Virus record (IMG/VR): IMGVR_UViG_3300045988_134561
Reading direction: 5' to 3' (one strand)
DNA from: a virus
Length of the DNA: 39,477 nt
Shown in pieces: positions 7,493 through 15,265 of the stretch; position 1 is the first letter of the stretch; each line of letters opens with the position of its first letter. The notes beneath the pieces were generated by a model. It was not told where the DNA came from. It worked only from the letters and a program-made list of their open reading frames with translations, and made no database searches. A program made the translations under genes and the position numbers.

Positions 7493-8350
7493 TCAGTCCT
7501 TGTCTGAGTCGAGGTAGTAGGCGGGGGCGGAGATGGAGTGGACGATGGGTGGGATGCCGGGCCACTCCCCGGAGTCCAGGCACTCCCGGTAGGTGCGGAG
7601 AGCTCGCTCGACCTTGGTGCGGCCGAGGTCATCCAGGGTCCAGTCCATTTCGCAGACGGACACGAGGTAGGGGGCCCGCTTGGAGACGACGACGTGGAGG
7701 AAGCGGGCCTCCTCGCCGGTGAGGTCACGCCAGATGCGCCGGTACCAGGCTCGCTGCACGTCGTAGCCGTAGCGGGCTGCCGCCCTCGTGAAGGCGTCGG
7801 GCTGGGCGTCGTCCGTGGTTTTCAGGTCCACCAGGACGTGCGCGCCGTCCCCGCCGGCGGGGGGCATGATCCAGTCCAGGCGGCCGCGCATCCACACACC
7901 GGTGCCGGCGTCCTCACTGAACACGCTCACCTCCGGGTCTCCGTCGGCGAAGATGCGACGGCACAGGGGGTGCTCGGTGACGGCGGCGGCGCAGTCGTGG
8001 ATGGCGTCGTAGACGTCCGCCTTCAACGGGATCCCACCCTCGGCGCGGACGCCGGCTGCCCACTCGCGGGCCGCCTTCGTCCCCGTCGAACCGGACGCGG
8101 ACAGCACATCCTCCGGGTAGCACTCCAGGTGCGCGCCCACGCCAAGCACGAGCGAGTGGACAGCGCTCCCGAAGTCAAACTCGGGGCGGGGCGCTCGCGG
8201 CCTGTTCCTGTAGTAGTGGAGGGCCGCGGGGGCGTCCAGGATCATCTTGGCTTCGGTGGAGGACAGGGAACGGTGGGGTGTGGGGTCGCAGTGGTACCAC
8301 TGCTCGTCGAGGCCGTGATAGATGCCTGGCTTGTCGATGATGAGGCTCAT
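7493..8350 (-). CDS. PD-(D/E)XK (Cas4/RecB-like) exonuclease
   Basis: C-terminal 285 aa of the 696-aa track ORF. Motifs LVDLKT and QRAWY (QxxxY). ATGA-coupled start at 8350. Confidence 0.7.
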   Translation of the reverse strand: MSLIIDKPGIYHGLDEQWYHCDPTPHRSLSSTEAKMILDAPAALHYYRNRPRAPRPEFDFGSAVHSLVLGVGAHLECYPEDVLSASGSTGTKAAREWAAGVRAEGGIPLKADVYDAIHDCAAAVTEHPLCRRIFADGDPEVSVFSEDAGTGVWMRGRLDWIMPPAGGDGAHVLVDLKTTDDAQPDAFTRAAARYGYDVQRAWYRRIWRDLTGEEARFLHVVVSKRAPYLVSVCEMDWTLDDLGRTKVERALRTYRECLDSGEWPGIPPIVHSISAPAYYLDSDKD

Positions 8351-8640
8351 AGCGGGTAGGTCCTTGCTCGGCTGGGCATGGGGGCTGGGGAGACGCAGGG
8401 GTGGCCGGCGGCCGCCAACTCGGCGACGGTGGGGTTCCGGCGCGGCTTGGGGCGAGGCTTGATGCCCTGCCGCCTGCGCCTGGCTTCGGATCGGCGGGCG
8501 TTGCCGCACTTCGAGCAGCAGCCTTTCCCCTGGTGGGGGAGACTGCCGGGCCAGTCTTCGACGTCGGCGCTCCGGGGGCGCATGAGGACCCCGCAGGCGA
8601 CGCAGTGCTGGGGGATGCCCCAGTCGATTCTGCGGCTCAC
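8347..8640 (-). CDS. Small zinc-finger protein with Arg-rich tail
   Basis: GTGA-coupled GTG start. CVACG...CCSKCG motif. Confidence 0.45.
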   Translation of the reverse strand: MSRRIDWGIPQHCVACGVLMRPRSADVEDWPGSLPHQGKGCCSKCGNARRSEARRRRQGIKPRPKPRRNPTVAELAAAGHPCVSPAPMPSRARTYPL

Positions 8641-8816
8641 CGGTCGCCCCTCTCGGTGATGCGGATGAGGGAGTGGTCGCGGCGGATGAGGCCGGTGGGG
8701 AGGGAGCCGACGTGCTCCCAGCCGTCGCGCTGGAGCTTGCGGACCCGGCGGAGGCCGATGGGCCCCCAGGTGGGGATCCACTGGGACTCGTAGAGGAAGA
8801 GGGTGCTGGTGTCCAT
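8637..8816 (-). CDS. Hypothetical 59-aa protein
   Basis: Met preceded by GAAAGGAAC (MDTSTLFLYESQ...). Confidence 0.5.
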   Translation of the reverse strand: MDTSTLFLYESQWIPTWGPIGLRRVRKLQRDGWEHVGSLPTGLIRRDHSLIRITERGDR

Positions 8817-8844
8817 GGGGTGTTCCTTTCGGGGATGGGGGGGG

Positions 8845-9105
8845 TTAGAGGCCGTTGGTGAGTGCGTCGGCATCGACGCTTAGGAGGGTGGCGAGGGATT
8901 CGAGGAGCCTGGCCCGGTGTGCGGCGTGCTGGCCGAGGGCGCCCCAGGGGGTGTGGGCGTCGATTCGGCCGGCCCCGCGGCGTTGCCGGTCCCGCTCGTC
9001 GAGGGCGGCGGTCTCGCTGTCCTGGTAGTCGGCGCAGGCGCACAGGAACTCGGCCGCGTCGCCGACGTCCACGTCGTCGCCGGTGACATCTTCGAGGCGG
9101 GTCAC
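8845..9105 (-). CDS. Hypothetical acidic 86-aa protein
   Basis: GTGA-coupled GTG start relative to the stop at 9102. Confidence 0.45.
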   Translation of the reverse strand: MTRLEDVTGDDVDVGDAAEFLCACADYQDSETAALDERDRQRRGAGRIDAHTPWGALGQHAAHRARLLESLATLLSVDADALTNGL

Positions 9106-9713
9106 TTGTCCGCCACCCACGCCATCCAGGCGGTGGTCTCCTCGGCGAGGTCATTGGAGGAGAGGGTGTCGTCCCTGGTGGGGGTGGCCCAGACTCCGCC
9201 GTCCTCGTCGTCGATGCGGGTCCAGGCCCGCCCGGCTTCGTCGCGGACGACGGTGCCGTTCGGGAGTGCCCAGAGGTCGTGGGAGTACATGCGGGCCCGC
9301 CCGTAGGCGGTGGCAGTGACGGCGTGCAGGATGGATTCGAGTGCGGTGATTTGGTCGGCGTTGACCTCCTTCTGGCTGAGTTCAGCGAGGATGGAGGCGG
9401 CGTTGTCGGCGGCGGTCTTCCACTGGTTCCGGTAGAGGTCCACCTGGCCCTTGAGTTGGTCGATGGTGTCGCGCTGTTCGCGGACGGTCTGGGCGAGGGC
9501 CTGCTCGCTGAGGGTGGGATCCGCGGCCTTCTCGGCGGCTTTGCGCTGGTCGGCGGCGAGCATGAGGAGGCTGATCGCGCCAATGGGGTCGCTGCCGCTG
9601 CGGTCGAGGAGGTCGCGGGCCTTGTCGCCGTAGGTGGCGGTGGCTCGGGCGCGGTCCTCGACGGCTGCGGCGGGGACGTAGCGCGCGGGCTTGGGGTGAA
9701 GGTTGACCTTCAT
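9102..9713 (-). CDS. Hypothetical 203-aa coiled-coil protein; first gene downstream of the duplicated promoter/operator module
   Basis: ORF with AAAGGACC upstream of the ATG. Confidence 0.6.
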   Translation of the reverse strand: MKVNLHPKPARYVPAAAVEDRARATATYGDKARDLLDRSGSDPIGAISLLMLAADQRKAAEKAADPTLSEQALAQTVREQRDTIDQLKGQVDLYRNQWKTAADNAASILAELSQKEVNADQITALESILHAVTATAYGRARMYSHDLWALPNGTVVRDEAGRAWTRIDDEDGGVWATPTRDDTLSSNDLAEETTAWMAWVADK

Positions 9714-9770
9714 TTTTCATGGTCCTTTGATCTGGGGATAGTGTGGGTTGGGTTGGGGTGCCCGTGTTGC

Positions 9771-9858
9771 CCACATGGATAACTTAGTGCTCCATGTGGA
9801 GCATATGCAAGCCGAAAGCGTCCCGGTTACCGAATCGTGATGACGGGGGTGTGGAATC
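9771..9858 (-). promoter_or_regulatory. Second copy of the switch-type promoter/operator module (leftward)
   Basis: Minus strand reads TTGCAT (9810-9805), an 18-nt spacer, then TAAGTT (9786-9781). Inverted 8-mers CCACATGG (9771-9778) and CCATGTGG (9792-9799). GTTACCGAA box at 9826-9834. Ungapped colinear with 15993-16056. Confidence 0.6.
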
Positions 9859-9920
9859 GCCTAAGGCCCCTCAGGCGCCCCAAAAACGGGCGACCCTACA
9901 CGGGCACAGACGCGGGGGCG

Positions 9921-10601
9921 TTAGGCCGCCCTAGTGGCCTTACGCGCACGATTCGAGGCACCCCCGGGGCGCCCACCACCCCCAGGGTGCGACGAACGCG
10001 CCAGAGCGGCCAACACCTCACGAGCCCGAGCCGCCCCATCACCCGACGACTCAGGCGACGGCGCAGCCGTCAACTCAGCCACCGGACGGGCCGACGGAAG
10101 CGCGTCAGCCCACGGCACACGCCCCGCACCCAGAGCGTGATCCATCCGAGCCAGCACCTCCGGCAGCGGCGTCGACGGCTCCAGCTCGGCCACCTGTGCC
10201 GCCTGCGCCAACGCAGCGCGCCCATGCCGGTCCGCGTCCACGTCGGCAGCGCCGTTGCCGATGGCCCTCAGGAAGCCCCGCAGGTACGCCGACTGCTCGA
10301 AGCCGCTGCGGCCCTCCGTCGGCAGGCTGTGGCGCTCACGCCAGGCCCGGATGCGCTCGCCCCGGACGGCCTTCGCGGCTCGGTTCACGTGCTGCGGCTT
10401 CGCCGCCCCGTAGGTCTCGACGTCGCCGGACGCGACGCGACGCACCGCCTCGGCGAGCACCTCGTCGGTCATGTCCTGGTCGAGGAGCGTCATCCAGGCG
10501 CGGATGCGCCGCTTGCCGCCCTCGGCGTCGACGATGCCGGGCAGCATCCCGGCATCCACGAGGATCCCGATTGCCAGGCTCACGCCCGTTGCGGTTGCCA
10601 T
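9921..10601 (-). CDS. Hypothetical 226-aa protein (replication-module position)
   Basis: ORF ATGA-coupled to the replication initiator gene. Confidence 0.6.
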   Translation of the reverse strand: MATATGVSLAIGILVDAGMLPGIVDAEGGKRRIRAWMTLLDQDMTDEVLAEAVRRVASGDVETYGAAKPQHVNRAAKAVRGERIRAWRERHSLPTEGRSGFEQSAYLRGFLRAIGNGAADVDADRHGRAALAQAAQVAELEPSTPLPEVLARMDHALGAGRVPWADALPSARPVAELTAAPSPESSGDGAARAREVLAALARSSHPGGGGRPGGASNRARKATRAA

Positions 10602-11524
10602 CAGAGCCCCTCCTTCGCGAACTGCTCGGCCAGGTCGTAGAACACCTGGCCGCCCTGGGATTGCCCGCCACGAGGCCGCTGGGACTGGAGGCGGAGCGTG
10701 TCGAACTTCTGGCGGAGCTTGGGGACGCTGAGGACGTTGGCGCGCCAGAAGTCGTTGCCCTCGGCCCAGTCGATGACGCGGGTGATCTCCTCGACGGTGC
10801 GGCCGTCGCGGTCGATCATGAGGCGGGCCTGTGTGCGCCAGGCGGCGGTGATGCGGGGGGTGCGTCCGGTGCGGCGCTGGACGCTCGCGGCCATGGCGTC
10901 GCAGACGGCGTCGACGTCGGGGCGGTGCTCGGCGATTGGGGTCGGCTCGGTGGCGTCCTCGTCGTCGCGCGCGCGTCCTCTCTCCGACGTAGTCGGAGAG
11001 AGTTTAGAAGTACGTAGTACTTCTTCTTTCTCTTTCTCTTTCTCTGTATTACCGCTGGTAGTACGACTCGTATCCGGGTTCGTAGTACGAGTCGTATCAC
11101 GAGTGGTATCGCGTCGCTCCCACCGGCGACGGACATTGGCGGAATTCCGCGCCCTACGGGCATCCGACTGCTCCTTGGAGTCCTGGTGCTCCAGGAAGTC
11201 ACGCAGCACGTAGTCCCCGGTCTCGTTCACCTCCAAAGAGGGCCTATCAGGGTGGTTCGTACGCAGTTCCGTAATAGGGTCCGTACTACGACTCGTATCC
11301 GGGTTCGTAGTACAACTCGTATACGAGTCGTATCCCCAACGTCGATCCGCGTACACCCTCGGGATCACCCCATCGGTCTCGCCGCGCCGGCACCAGAGGA
11401 TCATCTCCACCAGCGCCCGGAACGCGGCGTCCGACAGGACCACCACCTTCGGGGAGTCCGCGAAGTCCACCGTCATCCGCGCCCAGATGCGGCGGTCACT
11501 GCTGCGAGTCATCGCCGCCCCCAT
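10601..11524 (-). CDS. Replication initiator / DnaD-like replisome organiser with internal origin
   Basis: N-terminal winged-helix-like region. Low-complexity Thr/Arg/Asp linker encoded by DNA iterons. Conserved-looking C-terminal domain (ITRVIDWAEGNDFWRANVLSVPKLRQKFDTL). Start may be 11512. Confidence 0.6.
   Translation of the reverse strand: MGAAMTRSSDRRIWARMTVDFADSPKVVVLSDAAFRALVEMILWCRRGETDGVIPRVYADRRWGYDSYTSCTTNPDTSRSTDPITELRTNHPDRPSLEVNETGDYVLRDFLEHQDSKEQSDARRARNSANVRRRWERRDTTRDTTRTTNPDTSRTTSGNTEKEKEKEEVLRTSKLSPTTSERGRARDDEDATEPTPIAEHRPDVDAVCDAMAASVQRRTGRTPRITAAWRTQARLMIDRDGRTVEEITRVIDWAEGNDFWRANVLSVPKLRQKFDTLRLQSQRPRGGQSQGGQVFYDLAEQFAKEGL
11001..11335. repeat. Putative origin of replication: palindromic iterons plus AT/pyrimidine-rich tract
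   Basis: TACGA(C/G)TCGTA at 11062, 11086, 11287 and 11322, plus a 1-mismatch copy at 11311. Exact 27-nt direct repeat at 11062-11088 and 11287-11313. AT-rich tract 11001-11056 in a high-GC genome. Confidence 0.6.
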
Positions 11525-11693
11525 CCGTCGTCCAGAACGCTTCCAAGGCCACCGGGCACAAGGAGTCCTCGTCGTAGTCCAACTCGACCCGTGAGTCCGC
11601 GTGGGCTCGCACCTGCTCGGCGAGCGCCAGCAGGTCTGCCCTGGGGATCACCTCACCGTCGAGCGGGATCCTGGCAGTCATCTCAATCATCAT
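11496..11693 (-). CDS. Hypothetical acidic 65-aa protein
   Basis: ORF ATGA-coupled to the upstream gene. Confidence 0.5.
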   Translation of the reverse strand: MMIEMTARIPLDGEVIPRADLLALAEQVRAHADSRVELDYDEDSLCPVALEAFWTTDGGGDDSQQ

Positions 11694-12145
11694 TTCCTCC
11701 TAGCATTTGTTACGGGGCTGGTTTGCATGCGCCAGGTGAACGCCGTCCACGCTTCGTCGTCCCACGCCTGCGTGGGATCAGCGTCTCTGGCTGCGCACTC
11801 GGCAGCGGACTCGGCAAGCTCTTCCAGGTAGCGCCCCCACATACCTGCGGTATCGAACAGGAACAGATAGCCGGAGACACCGACATCGCCCATGGCCTCA
11901 TACGCCCAATCCTGGAAGTCGCTGCCACAGTAGGAGTCGTCGCTGTAGGGGCCCTTCCACCTCATGACGTGACTGACCACGGCTTGGCATGGCTGGCACT
12001 CGCGCCACTCCCAGATCGCCCCGTCGTCGACGACCGTCGACCGGCGGTACCGCTCGCCCTGGGGGATGCGGCGGCCACAGTCATCGCACCGGACGCGCCC
12101 CCGCGACCGGGGAGACCTCTCGTGAATGACATCCACGATGTTCAC
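11690..12145 (-). CDS. Hypothetical protein with zinc-ribbon motif (CDDCG...CQPC)
   Basis: 151-aa ORF with ATGA overlap at 12142-12145. Confidence 0.6.
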   Translation of the reverse strand: MNIVDVIHERSPRSRGRVRCDDCGRRIPQGERYRRSTVVDDGAIWEWRECQPCQAVVSHVMRWKGPYSDDSYCGSDFQDWAYEAMGDVGVSGYLFLFDTAGMWGRYLEELAESAAECAARDADPTQAWDDEAWTAFTWRMQTSPVTNARRK

Positions 12146-12774
12146 CGCCCTTCCTGGGCTGCGAGGCGTGCGGGTAGGTCGATCGCGTGAGCGCTGTAGG
12201 TGTACTCGTCCTCGCGGCCGACGAGAACCCAGTCACCTAGATACAGGTGGAACAGGTTGCCGTATGCGTCCATCAGGACTGCGCCGGCAGGCGCGTTGCG
12301 GACGTCGTTGATGGTGGTGAGGGACTGGCCGGTGACGTGATCCTGAGCCTTGGAGACGCGGACCTGGACGCCGACGAGGTGGGTGTTGTCGGCGTAGCGC
12401 TTGACGGCGGACCAGCCGACGATCCGGGAGTCATCACGCAGGACACCGGGCCGCTTGTAGGGGGCCAGGGCGTCACCGACGGCGCGCTGGAGCTTGTCCA
12501 AGTCGGGCTTCATCTGCGCGTGCTTGCGGGACTTGGGGGCGCTCTTGGGGCGTGGGAGCCGGAACTCTGCCCACACCTCGACTGGGCCGTCGTAGCGGGG
12601 TTCCCAGTAGGCGGCCTGTGCGGCGGCTTCGGCGGCTCGGCGGACTTTGATCCGCCACGCGTCCAACTCGGGTCCGCGGTCGTGGGTGACGACTACACGC
12701 TGACCAGACGCGAACGCGCGCGTGGAGCCCTCGGTGATCGGCTCACCGGGGACGAAGAATGAGAATGAGTCCAT
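12142..12774 (-). CDS. rusA: RusA-family Holliday junction resolvase with C-terminal extension
   Basis: N-terminal FFVPGEPITEGSTRA, then FRLPRPKS and KPDLDKLQRAVGDAL...RDDSRIV, typical of RusA. About 65 extra C-terminal residues. Confidence 0.75.
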   Translation of the reverse strand: MDSFSFFVPGEPITEGSTRAFASGQRVVVTHDRGPELDAWRIKVRRAAEAAAQAAYWEPRYDGPVEVWAEFRLPRPKSAPKSRKHAQMKPDLDKLQRAVGDALAPYKRPGVLRDDSRIVGWSAVKRYADNTHLVGVQVRVSKAQDHVTGQSLTTINDVRNAPAGAVLMDAYGNLFHLYLGDWVLVGREDEYTYSAHAIDLPARLAAQEGR

Positions 12775-12800
12775 GATGGTTCCTAGTGTTTGGGGGCGGG

Positions 12801-13193
12801 CTAGGCCGCCAGGAGAGAGAAGAGGTCGCCCTGCTCGAGCGCCGGTGCGGCGTCAGCGTGGCCGGTGAGGTAACAGGTGCAGCGAGGGTCATGGGTGACG
12901 TTGGTGTCCCACACCTGCCAGGAATCGACGCCAGCGAGGATCGGGACACGCCCCTGGGTGTCGGTGACCCAGCAGAGGGGCGCGTCGGCCGGCCAGCGGT
13001 CCATCCGGTGGGTGCAGGCGGCGTGGTCACCCGCCCGGCAGCCTTCGCACACGCCGCCATTGCCGTAGAAGCGGCGGCAGGGGCACCGGTCGTAGAGGTG
13101 CGGCCACTGGGTGTAGTCGCGCCGCATGGGAGGCAGCCAGGCGTGCTCTCGCACCCAGGTCGCCTCCTCAGCGGGCATCACGGGGGTATCCAT
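12801..13193 (-). CDS. Hypothetical Cys/His-rich protein
   Basis: 130-aa ORF with multiple CxC/CxxC motifs. Confidence 0.55.
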   Translation of the reverse strand: MDTPVMPAEEATWVREHAWLPPMRRDYTQWPHLYDRCPCRRFYGNGGVCEGCRAGDHAACTHRMDRWPADAPLCWVTDTQGRVPILAGVDSWQVWDTNVTHDPRCTCYLTGHADAAPALEQGDLFSLLAA

Positions 13194-13196
13194 CGG

Positions 13197-13460
13197 TCAG
13201 AAGAGGGGGATGGTCCCCATGGTGGGGTCCTCGACGTCGGTGGACTGGTGGGCGGTGAGGCAGGTCGGGCAGACCTGCGCCTTGGTGATGTTCTCCTCGT
13301 CGGCGGGGGCGTACTGGCTGCCAACTGAGTCCCACAGGGCGATCGTTCGCCTCCCGGCGCAGAGCGCCTCAATCTCGACGGCGGTAGGCCCGTAGAGCGG
13401 GGCAGGTGTGACGTCAGCGATGTGCCGAACCAGCAAGCCGGGCGTCAGGTAGCGGGTCAT
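13197..13460 (-). CDS. Hypothetical 87-aa protein
   Basis: ORF with ATGA overlap at 13457-13460. Confidence 0.55.
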   Translation of the reverse strand: MTRYLTPGLLVRHIADVTPAPLYGPTAVEIEALCAGRRTIALWDSVGSQYAPADEENITKAQVCPTCLTAHQSTDVEDPTMGTIPLF

Positions 13461-13978
13461 GACTCCTCCTGCCAGAGTCCGCGCTCGGCAGCCAGAGCCG
13501 CACAGATAGCCTCGAAGAGGAGATCGTGGAGGCGGTAGACGATGATCTCCCCGCTAGGGTCGTAGCCCTGGTGGTAGCAGGATGCGAGGTCTCCTAGGGC
13601 GCTGAGGAGCCAGCCGATCCGCTCGGCGGGGTCCATGCCCAGGTCTCGGTCGCGGAGCTCGTATCCGATCATCTTCAGGATGGGCTCGAGGTAGCCGTCT
13701 GGGTCCCGTTCACTGAGCGCCTGGAGGCATCTGGCGGCGACGAGGGTGGCGAGGTTCTTCGCCTGGTCGCTGGGTGGGTGGCCCTCCTTGGCGCGTTTGG
13801 CTGCGGCTGCCCATGAGGCGCACAGTTCGGCGACGTCGCGGGCGAGGCTGGCGACAGGCTTCCCTGGCGTGTCCTCTTCCGTCGCCCAGAACTTGCTGAT
13901 CGCCTGCCGTGCCCGCTCGGCGTGAGCGAGCATGGCCTCGAAGTCGGCGCGGCGCTGTTTCATCGTCAGGGTGGTCAT
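13457..13978 (-). CDS. Hypothetical 173-aa helical protein
   Basis: ATGA-coupled Met (MTTLTMKQRR...) inside ORF 13457..14185. Confidence 0.55.
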   Translation of the reverse strand: MTTLTMKQRRADFEAMLAHAERARQAISKFWATEEDTPGKPVASLARDVAELCASWAAAAKRAKEGHPPSDQAKNLATLVAARCLQALSERDPDGYLEPILKMIGYELRDRDLGMDPAERIGWLLSALGDLASCYHQGYDPSGEIIVYRLHDLLFEAICAALAAERGLWQEES

Positions 13979-14766
13979 GCTGCGGCCCCCTGGGTGATGG
14001 TGTAGCGGCCGGTGAGGAACCCGTCGATGAGGTCGGCTTGGCCGGCTGCGGTGATCTTGGGGGTGGTCTTCTCTTCGCTGCCGTGGTTCGTGGTGATGAG
14101 GGTGACTGAGGCGCGCAGGAAGCCCTTGTCGAGCGCCCACTGAGTGGGGGCGTTCCAGAGGCGTCCGCGGTTGCGGCACAGCCACCCGTGGTCGCGGAGC
14201 CAGGTGAACAGACCGGGTTGGGAGATGCGGACGCCTTCGGCGGTGATGGCGGCGGCGACCTGTTTCACGAGGAGGTCTCCGTCTGAGGCGGCCAGTGTCC
14301 GCCCGAACCGGGTCATGGGGGCGTCCTCGGCGACTTTCGCTTCAAGCTCGGCGCGTGCGGCGCGCTCGTTCTTCAGGTCGGTGGCGAGGCGGATGAGGAG
14401 GTCGGGGTCGGTGAGGACTTTCTCCAGGGTGTCGGGGGTCATGTATGCCCCGTGCTTGCGGATGCTGGGGAGGACCTCTGTGGTGATCCAGCGGCGGAAC
14501 GCTTTGGCCTCGGGCTTGTCGCTGCGGAGGATGACTTCGTAGAGGCCGGCCTCGGTGATGATGGTGGTCGCCTGGGTGCCGCCAGGGGTGTCCATCGGGT
14601 GGACGCCCTTCATGTCGGTGTCTAGGCGGGCTGAGACGTTCCGGGTATTTGTGATCCCGAGGGCGTGGCAGACGTCTGCGAGGACGAAGCGGGGTTCGCC
14701 GTCGGGGCCGGTGAGGGTGCGGACGGCGTGTCCCTGGTAGTCGAATGGGGTGATGGTGGTGGTCAT
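13975..14766 (-). CDS. Antirepressor (BRO-N domain plus KilAC/ANT-like C-terminal domain)
   Basis: FDYQGHAVRTLTGPDGEPRFVLADVCHALGI...EAGLYEVILRSDKPEAKAFRRWITTEVLPSIRKHG matches the BRO-N pattern. ATGA-coupled start at 14766. Confidence 0.75.
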   Translation of the reverse strand: MTTTITPFDYQGHAVRTLTGPDGEPRFVLADVCHALGITNTRNVSARLDTDMKGVHPMDTPGGTQATTIITEAGLYEVILRSDKPEAKAFRRWITTEVLPSIRKHGAYMTPDTLEKVLTDPDLLIRLATDLKNERAARAELEAKVAEDAPMTRFGRTLAASDGDLLVKQVAAAITAEGVRISQPGLFTWLRDHGWLCRNRGRLWNAPTQWALDKGFLRASVTLITTNHGSEEKTTPKITAAGQADLIDGFLTGRYTITQGAAA

Positions 14767-15065
14767 GCTGCTTTGGCTTCCTGGTCGTTGTGGTGGGGGT
14801 GCTGGGGCTGTTGGAGGGCGCGGGCTTCGTGGTCGCTGGCGTACCGGGCGCGGATGGTGAGGGTGAGGATGGGCTGAGCCCCGTGCTGGATTGAGGCCCT
14901 GGGGTCGGAGAGGAGGACCATGCCGAGCGTGCGCAGTAGGTCCATGAGGTCTGCGGTGGCCTCGCCGCGCTGGTGGACCACGGGCACGTCGGGGATCATT
15001 CGCCACAGGTAGCGGTACTCGTTGCCGCCCATGGGGGTGATCTTGGTGATCGGGGAGATGGTCAC
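14763..15065 (-). CDS. Hypothetical 100-aa protein
   Basis: GTG start preceded by GAAAGGAAC with 5-nt spacing. Part of the shadow-extended ORF 14763..15374. Confidence 0.5.
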   Translation of the reverse strand: MTISPITKITPMGGNEYRYLWRMIPDVPVVHQRGEATADLMDLLRTLGMVLLSDPRASIQHGAQPILTLTIRARYASDHEARALQQPQHPHHNDQEAKAA

Positions 15066-15076
15066 GGGGGTTCCTT

Positions 15077-15265
15077 TCAGGCTTCGGGGAGGCGGTCGAT
15101 CCAGGCTTCGAGGTCGTCTCGGCGGATGATGTACTTGGTGCCGGCCATGTGGGCGGGGAGGTGGAAGTCGGGGTCGGTGGCCTTGACGGCCTTGCGGATG
15201 AAATCGACGGACAGGCCGGTGGCGGCGGCGGCCCCGGCGAGCGTGTAGGTGAGGACGACGGTCAT
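15077..15265 (-). CDS. Excisionase-family / MerR-like HTH DNA-binding protein (candidate Xis)
   Basis: 62 aa. The pattern LSVDFIRKAV...GTKYIIRRDDLEAWIDRL resembles excisionase-type winged HTH proteins. Confidence 0.5.
   Translation of the reverse strand: MTVVLTYTLAGAAAATGLSVDFIRKAVKATDPDFHLPAHMAGTKYIIRRDDLEAWIDRLPEA

Noticed and set aside
7493-9583. 696-aa ORF on the minus strand, the second-longest in the track
   Set aside because: Only the last 285 aa (7493..8350) look like a real protein (nuclease motifs, ATGA-coupled Met). The upstream 410 aa are Pro/Arg/Ser/Thr-rich low-complexity sequence. They run out of frame over four better-supported genes (8347..9713), a typical high-GC shadow frame.
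9837-10640. 267-aa plus-strand ORF starting just right of the duplicated promoter module, which could have been a second repressor-like gene
   Set aside because: The sequence is Arg/Pro-rich junk antisense to 9921..10601, with no HTH. The rightward-promoter part of the module is only partly conserved at this copy.
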